DNA from: Planctomyces sp.
GTDB lineage: Bacteria > Planctomycetota > Planctomycetia > Planctomycetales > Planctomycetaceae
DNA length: 64,000 bases
Assembly (NCBI GenBank): GCA_005798445.1
Contig: SYJG01000071.1
Span: 3,452 to 67,451 of the forward strand
Direction of reading: 5' to 3'
The stretch's first letter is position 1. Each line of letters starts with the position of its first letter. The position numbers and the translations under genes are program-made. Under the pieces are notes generated by a model that had not been told where the DNA came from, searched no databases, and worked only from the letters and a program-made list of their open reading frames with translations. Positions 16,651 to 23,724 of this stretch are shown here, piece by piece.

Positions 16651-17466
16651 TCAGTCGGCGGAATCCAGGTTGAAGCGTGCAACGTCTTCCGAACTGATTG
16701 TGCGTTCGATCGTCGTTGCCGCCGCGGTAAACATGTGGATTAGATACCCAACTCGCCTCGTAGTCCGCTCGATCATCGCAGGGACGGTGACCTCCTCCTC
16801 AAGAATGGTGATGTTCCATTCCTGAGTGCGGGCAACAATCCATTGATAGAGGTCATCCGGATGAGGAAGGGCCGTCCCCACCTTGATCGGAAACCGTGCC
16901 CGCATCTCTTTGGACAGTCGCTCCGTCCACTCTCCTTTCCGTTTCCCTTGAGTTCTCCTCAACGTGATCGCTGAAGCGATCCAGATCGCCGGAGCTTCGT
17001 CGATCAACTTGAGCAGTTTCCCTTCTAATCTACGGCGGCGAAGAGCTCCCACTTCATCGAGGTAGACGATCACTTTGTCGCTGTCCAACGCACCGTCGTA
17101 TTGAAGAGCCTCCAACTCTTCAACGGTGACGTTTTCGCAGTCGATCGGATGGAACGAATACTCGCTTCCAGAGAGAGCAGCGAAGATTCCGTTGTGCGGA
17201 GCCCTGCCTTCGGGAACGGCCTTACAAGATGCACACTGACCGCAAGGGTCAAAAGTGGGCGTCCTGCTGGTACACACCATCGCCCGAATGCCGAGACTAA
17301 TGGTGCGAGTTTTTCCGGATCGGTTGGGGCCTGTAAACAAGGCATTGCACGGTCCGTTTGCGAGGAAGTTCAGCCAGACCTGAATCATCGCCGCGTTCCC
17401 AGCTATCTCTTTCCATCGTTCCGGGAACCATCGTTGAATCCAACTTGGGCTTGGAGACCAGCTCAT
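16651..17466 (-). CDS. AAA+ ATPase resembling the clamp-loader subunit DnaX (gamma/tau) N-terminal module
   Basis: Walker A FTGPNRSGKT. Zn-module-like CTSRTPTFDPCGQCASCKAV, compared with DnaX C...PCG.C..C. Walker B VIVYLDEVG. LLKLIDEAP compares with ALLKTLEEPP. The ATG overlaps the upstream stop (ATGA). Confidence 0.6.
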   Translation of the reverse strand: MSWSPSPSWIQRWFPERWKEIAGNAAMIQVWLNFLANGPCNALFTGPNRSGKTRTISLGIRAMVCTSRTPTFDPCGQCASCKAVPEGRAPHNGIFAALSGSEYSFHPIDCENVTVEELEALQYDGALDSDKVIVYLDEVGALRRRRLEGKLLKLIDEAPAIWIASAITLRRTQGKRKGEWTERLSKEMRARFPIKVGTALPHPDDLYQWIVARTQEWNITILEEEVTVPAMIERTTRRVGYLIHMFTAAATTIERTISSEDVARFNLDSAD

Positions 17467-18299
17467 TTCGCACCTCCCTTCTTTGTGGCAGCGAGGTCTT
17501 TCAAATCGCTGGCCACAACCGTTGTCCTGGGAGGATCAGATCGAAAATCACCGTCAGCATCGTCAGCCGGAGGCAAGTCCTTGCCTGACATTGAGGTTGT
17601 ACCTGACGATTGACGTGACGATTCAGACTTCCAACCGTCAGTGATGGGCTGCACTTGTCTTACACTCGGTTCAAACTTGAACGTCTCCAGTCGAGTCAAC
17701 TTGCAGCGACTTCCATCTTCGGCATGGCTCAGTTCGATTTGAACTCCATAGCCCAGCAGAACCGGGATGAGCCGGGCTAACCTGCGGCTGAAGATGTTCG
17801 TGAAGGTGGGGATCTCCTGAGAACATGGGATAGACCCATCCCTCTGGAGTCCCCGAAGCCTTTGCAACAGAACCACGGTTCGGTCATTGAACACCGGGGC
17901 CGTCACGTTCTTCGGCATTGAATTCGCCAAAAGTAGGATCGCCTGAACGATCAAATCTTCGTCGGTCTCGACGGCTTCAGGTTCCGTCAACCGTCGGCCT
18001 CCCTTCCGGCACTCCTCACGGATCTGTGCCATCAGGAAATCACGCTCGCTGGCCTTCAGGATGCCTCCATTGCTGATCTCGTAAAACACAGAGACCAGAA
18101 GATCCTGAAACCGTTGGCTGTCCACGGGCCATTCGGTTTGAAACCCATCACTGGGAATCAAGACGGTCGGCTCCAGATGGGTGTTGAGGAAGAACTCGAC
18201 CTTGTCTTCCTGCAACTGCGTGTAGATGTCGGTCCAACGGGACTCACGCGGTTTCCGCTTTTGACCCACCACCCCCTGATTGACGGTACCTTGACTCAT
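17463..18299 (-). CDS. hypothetical protein coupled to the DnaX-like ATPase
   Basis: I prefer ATG 18299 (MSQGTVNQG...). The track ORF begins at a TTG (18407). The 4-nt ATGA overlap with the downstream gene implies an operon. No family recognised. Confidence 0.5.
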   Translation of the reverse strand: MSQGTVNQGVVGQKRKPRESRWTDIYTQLQEDKVEFFLNTHLEPTVLIPSDGFQTEWPVDSQRFQDLLVSVFYEISNGGILKASERDFLMAQIREECRKGGRRLTEPEAVETDEDLIVQAILLLANSMPKNVTAPVFNDRTVVLLQRLRGLQRDGSIPCSQEIPTFTNIFSRRLARLIPVLLGYGVQIELSHAEDGSRCKLTRLETFKFEPSVRQVQPITDGWKSESSRQSSGTTSMSGKDLPPADDADGDFRSDPPRTTVVASDLKDLAATKKGGAK

Positions 18300-18564
18300 C
18301 GCAACTGCCTTTCGTTGGTGGCGATCTCGGGTTTGCAGGGTTGACGATTCAGTCAGCCTGAAAACTGCAAGGTTCCGAGTCGCACACCATGAAGGGCGTG
18401 CAATCAAATCCGTCGAAGCCGACCAGGACGGGGCGTCATAACTCGCTGGAGAAATAGGGCGTTGTGATTTTCATTTTTCTTTCCGCCCTATTCGCAAATC
18501 CCCGAACACTGACTATTCACTTTTGGAAAGCCGAGACTTTCAAGAATTCCAGAAACGGCTTAGA

Positions 18565-18606
18565 TCAAGCCTTCTTCCGCTCGAAGGACTGCACCAGCCC
18601 GCCTAT
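18565..18606 (-). mobile_element. remnant A of the rve-transposase gene 3' end / IS terminus
   Basis: The minus strand encodes ...GGLVQSFERKKA-stop, matching the last 12 codons (GGLVQSFERKAA-stop) of the transposases at 20608 and 30131. Nucleotide similarity starts at the stop codon. Confidence 0.7.
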
Positions 18607-18640
18607 TGGGTGGGGACCGAGCAACATTCAGAATTGCCCA

Positions 18641-19171
18641 CTAAAGCGGTGGCAATTGCAGCTTGCGGATGATGCTCATGGGCAGGAAGAGATGGTGAGG
18701 ATCATCTGACAGGGAGAGGAAGTCGTACCGCTCGTAGAAGCGTTTTGCGGCCTCGTTGATGGCATCGACTTCCACTGCTCGAATCCCGATCTTCGTCGCG
18801 AGATATTCCGCTCTTCTGAGGGCGTCGATCAGCAGGAACTCTCCAAGTCCTTGTCCCTGCAAGGAACGATCGACGGCCAGTTTTCCGATCAACACGACAG
18901 GCATGTCGATTTGAGGCAGTCCCTTGACCTGATCTGCGGGCAAAGACTCATAGGCCACCGTGTGGTTGGAAAGAGCGTAGTAGCCTTTGACGACAGTGCT
19001 CCCGGCCTCAACGAGCACATAGGTCCGAGCCAGATCCTTCTTTTCAAACTGGCTCACCTTCGTCGCAAGCCACTCGTTCAGAATCGGAATCCCGCAATCG
19101 AAGGCCGAACGGTCATGCTGCTGTCGGTCGAATGGTTCCACAGACCAGAGAGATGATGGCGAATTAGCCAC
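18641..19171 (-). CDS. GNAT-family acetyltransferase toxin (TacT/AtaT-like) of a type II TA pair
   Basis: HDRSAFDCG..LNEWL, an acetyl-CoA motif (LAVDRSLQGQGLGEFLL) and the tail RFYERYDF. The proposed GTG at 19171 overlaps the antitoxin stop (GTGGCTAA). An in-frame ATG at 19225 is the alternative start. Confidence 0.85.
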   Translation of the reverse strand: MANSPSSLWSVEPFDRQQHDRSAFDCGIPILNEWLATKVSQFEKKDLARTYVLVEAGSTVVKGYYALSNHTVAYESLPADQVKGLPQIDMPVVLIGKLAVDRSLQGQGLGEFLLIDALRRAEYLATKIGIRAVEVDAINEAAKRFYERYDFLSLSDDPHHLFLPMSIIRKLQLPPL

Positions 19172-19445
19172 GGAGTTTTCCGTAACGACGGGCTGCGGCC
19201 TTGAGGGCCGCGTTGGGTTTCGCATCAGCGTCGTCGAGTGCCTTCAAGAATCGGTTGCGATCTCGATTCGACAGACGAGTGACCTGGGCATCCTGGAGGA
19301 CTTGTCGAGCTTCTCGAACGACGGTCGAGATCGCGAACTCCGTGACCGTCTGCCCCAAAGCCGTGGCGGCGTCCTCAATGGTCTGCTTGAGTTCACTGGG
19401 GAGTCGGACATTGATCCGTGCATCATTCCGGGTGATGGTTGTCAT
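19164..19445 (-). CDS. DUF1778 (TacA/AtaR-like) ribbon-helix-helix antitoxin
   Basis: MTTITRNDARINVRLPSELKQTIEDAATALGQTVTEFAISTVVREA is the typical DUF1778 N-terminus. ATG at 19445. It lies immediately upstream of the GNAT gene. Confidence 0.85.
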   Translation of the reverse strand: MTTITRNDARINVRLPSELKQTIEDAATALGQTVTEFAISTVVREARQVLQDAQVTRLSNRDRNRFLKALDDADAKPNAALKAAARRYGKLRG

Positions 19446-19564
19446 GAACTCGGCCTTGCCTGCTGGGAGTGCTTGTGTGGCGGACAGCCACACATACTAC
19501 GTCATCGGTTCTGTGAGTCAATCTGCCACACGGAGAAGCCTGCATTTCGTCAAGCCTCGTCGAA

Positions 19565-19621
19565 TTACGCCGCCTTTCGCTCAAACGATTGCACCAGCCC
19601 GCCAACGTGCGACCTCATGCT
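19565..19621 (-). mobile_element. remnant B of the rve-transposase gene 3' end / IS terminus
   Basis: The minus strand encodes SMRSHVGGLVQSFERKAA-stop, against MVRSYVGGLVQSFERKAA-stop in the full copy. CGCTCAAACGATTGCACCAG is identical to 20621-20640. Confidence 0.75.
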
Positions 19622-19685
19622 GAAGTGGTGATGGATGGTTTTGAGCCTCTTGAACTCACCCCTGGCTTTGTTGCCATTCCAACGC

Positions 19686-20117
19686 TCACAGATTCGAGGC
19701 CAGCACGCTGGTATCCACCTGGAAGAAATCCGCCAGCGTCCGAATCAAGGTCTTGCTGAAGGGTTTCTTTCCTGCCAGAACTTCCGAAATGGTGGATTTG
19801 GGAATCCCAGTTCCACGGTGCAACTCGACTTGTGTCACTCCTTTGGCCTCCATCAAGTGCCGAAGCATGTCCGCATCTGAGGCTGGTGGAATCGAGTAAT
19901 GCAGGTCTTCGTAGGCAGCGACAAGGTCACTCAACGCATCCAGATACATCTCTTCGCCGTCGTCCATTTTCCCTTGGGTCAATAGACGGTCGATCATGGC
20001 TTGTGCCGCAGCCAGTTGGCTCTCGGATTTGATGGAGGCCAACGGACACTCCATGACCAACTCCAGGTAACTGTCGGCGACTTTACGGCGGCGATTGGTT
20101 TTGGTCCTCGTAGCCAT
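19686..20117 (-). CDS. higA: HigA-type antitoxin (XRE HTH with N-terminal extension)
   Basis: C-terminal HTH (MLRHLMEAKGVTQVELHRGTGIPKSTISEVLAGKK). It starts 3 nt after higB. Confidence 0.8.
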   Translation of the reverse strand: MATRTKTNRRRKVADSYLELVMECPLASIKSESQLAAAQAMIDRLLTQGKMDDGEEMYLDALSDLVAAYEDLHYSIPPASDADMLRHLMEAKGVTQVELHRGTGIPKSTISEVLAGKKPFSKTLIRTLADFFQVDTSVLASNL

Positions 20118-20120
20118 GAA

Positions 20121-20495
20121 TTACCGAGCCTTTCTTTTCTTCGCAGAGGAGAGTGTGAGTGAGTGACCGGCAGGAGGAGCAACGAAGCAACCACAGTCCT
20201 GCTTCCATTTATCCTCGTCGTATTCTTTGTGAGTCATCACCTTCAGAATGAAGACCTTTTGGCTGGGATACAGCACTCTCGTCACCAGCCGGTATTTGTT
20301 GCCGCCGATGTTGAAGACAACGCAATGACCGACCAAGCTGGCGGTCCCAAATTCCGCTTTCACGTCGCCCCACGAATGCCAAGACACCGCTTTCTTGCTG
20401 ACATGGGTGTACCAAGCCTGCAACGGCCCTTCCGAGTCCTGCTGACCAGAAACGATCCAAAACTGTTTCAGTCGAGCTTTACTGATGACCCGCAT
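20121..20495 (-). CDS. higB: HigB-family (RelE-fold) mRNA interferase toxin
   Basis: MRVISKARLKQFW...AWYTHV...WHSWGDVKAEFGTASLVGHCVVFNIGGNKYRLVTRVLY...VFILKVMTHKEYD is the characteristic HigB_toxin family pattern. Confidence 0.85.
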   Translation of the reverse strand: MRVISKARLKQFWIVSGQQDSEGPLQAWYTHVSKKAVSWHSWGDVKAEFGTASLVGHCVVFNIGGNKYRLVTRVLYPSQKVFILKVMTHKEYDEDKWKQDCGCFVAPPAGHSLTLSSAKKRKAR

Positions 20496-20599
20496 GTTCT
20501 CTCCCCGACCATTCCTTTATCGGCAGAGGACGCATTGTGGTTCGTAAAATACGAACTGGCAAGACAGGTTCGTAAAAAGCGAACAACCAATGGCGTCAT

Positions 20600-21700
20600 T
20601 TCCTTGGCTATGCGGCTTTTCGCTCAAACGATTGCACCAGTCCGCCGACGTAGGACCGAACCATGATCTGATCGCGGTTCAGTTTTGGAACCTCTTCGGG
20701 AATCACTTGGATTGGCGGTAAATGACCGCGTTCCATGTGACTTCGTCGTCCGTTGTAGTAGTCCACGAACTCCGAAACGACGTGGTCCAAGTGTCGCTGA
20801 CCAAACAGGATGAATCGGAAAAGGCACTCGTATTTGATGGTCTGAATGAATCTTTCGACCCTGCCGTTCAAATTCGGCGAGGCAATGGGAAGCACGTTTG
20901 TTCGGACACCTTTGGCCTTCAAAGTGGCCGTGAAATCCTTGGTGAACTTCGTGTCGCGATCGTGCATCACAATGGACGGTTTTTGTTCGCGATTCATCGT
21001 TTGATCAAGGAACACTTTCGTCTGTTCCACCACCCAAGCGGAATTCGGATGCTGGGTGGACGAAGTCACGATCACTTCGCGACTACTCAGGCACAGAAAC
21101 GCCAGCAGATACATGTCCTGCAAGCCGCGTGTCGTCACCGTTTTGACGGAGAAGAAGTCCACGGCCCAGAGTGTCTCCGCGTGCCGTTTGACGAAGTTGT
21201 CCCAGCAGTCCGATGTTCGATCCGGCCCCGGTTTGATGCCCTCTTCCTTCAGGATGTTGCGGATCGTTTGCCGACTGATCCCCTTGATTCCCAATTTGCG
21301 AATCTCGCCGACGATCCGGGTGTAGCCGAAGCCCGTAGTCTTCGCGATTTCAATGACAAGTTCCCGAAGCTCTCGTGGCTTGCGTTGACCGCCTTTCGGA
21401 TTCTTTGCCTTCTTGCCGAACTTCTCTTCGCGGCACCAGCGATAAAAAGTGGACGGTGCCACCAACGTGATGAGTTCCTCGATGGCTTGGCCCAATGCCT
21501 TTCCTAGCTTCACGAGTCTGGATCGCTCATCCGGCCTCGTGTGGACCTGACCGGGAATTCGTGCCCGCAGAATCTTGTTCTCTTCCTTCAGAAATTCGAC
21601 GTACTTCGCGAGTTCGTTGTTGCTGGCTGAGGCGATCAAGGCCAGCAGTGGGTGGAAAATCTTGCTCATTGGTGTATTGTCACAACTTCAAATGATCGAA
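20600..21700 (-). mobile_element. IS element carrying transposase copy 1 (ends approximate)
   Basis: Similarity to the remnants and to copy 2 begins at the stop codon, so one terminus is at about 20606. I could not define the other terminus or any inverted repeats by eye. Confidence 0.5.
20608..21669 (-). CDS. DDE (rve / integrase-core) transposase, IS481/IS3-like, copy 1
   Basis: N-terminal leucine-zipper/HTH region, then an rve core (LWAVDFF...MHDRDTKFT...PNLNGRVERFIQTIKYE). 353 aa with an ATG start. Confidence 0.85.
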   Translation of the reverse strand: MSKIFHPLLALIASASNNELAKYVEFLKEENKILRARIPGQVHTRPDERSRLVKLGKALGQAIEELITLVAPSTFYRWCREEKFGKKAKNPKGGQRKPRELRELVIEIAKTTGFGYTRIVGEIRKLGIKGISRQTIRNILKEEGIKPGPDRTSDCWDNFVKRHAETLWAVDFFSVKTVTTRGLQDMYLLAFLCLSSREVIVTSSTQHPNSAWVVEQTKVFLDQTMNREQKPSIVMHDRDTKFTKDFTATLKAKGVRTNVLPIASPNLNGRVERFIQTIKYECLFRFILFGQRHLDHVVSEFVDYYNGRRSHMERGHLPPIQVIPEEVPKLNRDQIMVRSYVGGLVQSFERKAA

Positions 21701-21853
21701 GGGATTTCACAATGGTTGTACCCCGCTAATGTCCCGAAGCGATGCTCCGGTGCCTGTGATTTTCTGAGTCATTGAGAGTCCGTTTCTCGATGCATTCAGG
21801 GGCTTCGCAAACGGTCTGATGGAGCAGCATCAGCGAAGCGGAGTGCGGTTACC

Positions 21854-21891
21854 AAAACCGGGTACAGATCAGAAAAGTGTACCCGGTTTTT
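21854..21891. repeat. orphan hairpin AAAACCGGGTACA-(11 nt)-TGTACCCGGTTTT, terminator-like in both directions
   Basis: 13-bp perfect stem flanked by an A-run and a T-run. It lies in the 500-nt spacer between transposase copy 1 and the TPR gene. Confidence 0.6.
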
Positions 21892-22176
21892 GCACTTTTG
21901 AGGCTTTCGCCGGGGAATCGCCGCTTACAGAAACCTCGTGTTTTCCGCGAAAAACAGGCTATCCGCAGGCTGTCCAACATGCGTCATGGCACTACGGAAC
22001 CGAAGGCGCCCGAGCAAACGGGGAGAACATCAATGGTCGCAAAACTGAAAAGCACACATCCTTCACGTCGCCTTTTTGGCGGCTTATGATGTAATTGAGT
22101 AACGCTTCGCGGACCAAGCATCGTGACGCAAATAGGTCAATTGTCGATCCGATCCATTTTCAGCAGCGCGTGAGCC

Positions 22177-23601
22177 ATGACCACTCCAGAACGTTCGTCC
22201 GGGCAGAAATTCGCGGATAGTCTGTTCAGCGGCGTCCCGTACAATGTCTTTACGTCAGACAAGGGCATGGAGCTGAAGCATCTCCAAAACATAGAGAAAT
22301 CTCTTGACAAGCATCACGAAGCGGTTGAAAGGTCACTCAGCCGATCCACGTCTCATTCTGGAGCTCTCCGGCAGCAAACCCAGTACCTGCCTCCTCCCGA
22401 AATCATCATTGACACTACCGAACTTGCGCAGTCTCAGCAGCAGGTGGCAGATCGCATTGAAGACGTGCTTAATGCACAACGCGACCTCGTCCAAGCAACG
22501 TACAGACACACCCCCCTCTTTAAGAGGATGATCAGTAACCAAGGCGTGACCCACGGGCTCCTGGACCAAGGCAACGCGCTCTCGTCTTTTACGAATCAGC
22601 ATCTCCAACAGGGCAACCACATCGCTTATCAAGCCGCAGTTCAGGCGTTCCATCAGCGAGATGCGACCGTCCAAGAATTGAGATTATCAAACGAACTTGG
22701 AGCCGAAAGGAACGATCTCCTCAGCGATGGGAACGACATTTCCATCCAGGCCGCTGTGCAAGCCTTCGAGCAACGCAGTGAGCTCATTGCACGACTTTCG
22801 CAATCGGTCGTCCAACAAGGAAACATGGTCTGCCAATTGAATGACATCCGTTCGACAATCAAGTATGAGGCAGACCAAACACGCCGACATTTCTATACGC
22901 TTTTAACTGATCTCGACACGAGCATCATTAGCTTGACGAATGACCAAGCGATTACTCGCATGTCAATGCTTCAGGCGATTTACAGATTTCAGTCAACCTT
23001 CCTGCAAAGTCATGAGCAGCTCATGCTTTCCCATCAACACGAACGGGGAATCTTGGAGCGTATTTTGGAAGCTGCCGAAATGACTGCGTCCCAAAAGGAG
23101 GCACGATACCTTTGGAAGAAGGCGGAGCGAATGCGGAAGAGCGCGGACCTCACGGGCGCGCTTGAGACGCTCCAGCAGGCCCACGATCATGACGACCAAG
23201 ACCCATTCATCTACCTGTCGCTCGGAACGATTCAGAGCACCTATGGGAACGCAGAACGCGCGGCCTCGGCCTTCGCGGAAGCAGATTCCCTTTTTGAAGG
23301 TAACGACTATTTGTCCGCCTACACATTGATGAATTTAGCGCACAATCTTCATCTGATTGGCCGCGACGATCATGCCGAGCGTGCGATGCGAAAGGCAATG
23401 AAAATGGACTTTCAGAATCCGGAAATCCTCTTCCAATACGCCAAGACCTGCTGGCACGCAAAAAAGACAGCCTCCGCACGGAAGTGCTTTGAAACGATAT
23501 TGCAAACATTTCCGAAGGGATCAAAAGTGGGAAATCTCTATCGTGCGAAGGTGGCAGTTGACGCAGATTTGACCGACATCCGAGATTCAATCGCGATGTA
23601 G
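22177..23601 (+). CDS. tetratricopeptide-repeat protein with Q-rich coiled-coil N-terminal half
   Basis: TPR-like helices in the C-terminal third (ALETLQQAHDHDDQDPFIYLSLGTIQSTYGNAERAASAFAEA...). The N-half contains an internal repeat, AAVQAF(H/E)QR. This is the only plus-strand gene in the accessory region apart from 933-1670. Confidence 0.7.
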   Translation: MTTPERSSGQKFADSLFSGVPYNVFTSDKGMELKHLQNIEKSLDKHHEAVERSLSRSTSHSGALRQQTQYLPPPEIIIDTTELAQSQQQVADRIEDVLNAQRDLVQATYRHTPLFKRMISNQGVTHGLLDQGNALSSFTNQHLQQGNHIAYQAAVQAFHQRDATVQELRLSNELGAERNDLLSDGNDISIQAAVQAFEQRSELIARLSQSVVQQGNMVCQLNDIRSTIKYEADQTRRHFYTLLTDLDTSIISLTNDQAITRMSMLQAIYRFQSTFLQSHEQLMLSHQHERGILERILEAAEMTASQKEARYLWKKAERMRKSADLTGALETLQQAHDHDDQDPFIYLSLGTIQSTYGNAERAASAFAEADSLFEGNDYLSAYTLMNLAHNLHLIGRDDHAERAMRKAMKMDFQNPEILFQYAKTCWHAKKTASARKCFETILQTFPKGSKVGNLYRAKVAVDADLTDIRDSIAM

Positions 23602-23724
23602 TCGAGTCAAGAACACTGTTTAGAGTTCATCTCAGTCGCAGGATTGTGCGTCTCCTCATGTCCAACTCGCGGGGTCCACCGCCGTTTGACGCTGTGATAT
23701 CCCGCTATGCACATCAATGTCGAT

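Noticed and set aside
20722-21507. 261-aa plus-strand ORF antisense to transposase copy 1, and the analogous ORFs 30248-30589 and 30644-30829 in copy 2.
   Set aside because: The minus-strand frames encode a recognisable rve transposase over their whole length. The antisense products have no motifs and are not conserved between the two copies in a way that suggests selection.
21992-22006. The 15-mer CTACGGAACCGAAGG is shared with 31503-31517, each ~300 nt beyond the start of a transposase copy. A partial third copy is at 31548-31559. I considered these as possible IS left ends.
   Set aside because: The flanking sequence is not similar. About one exact 15-mer match is expected by chance among all position pairs in a 64-kb window. 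No inverted-repeat relationship to the transposase 3' end was found.
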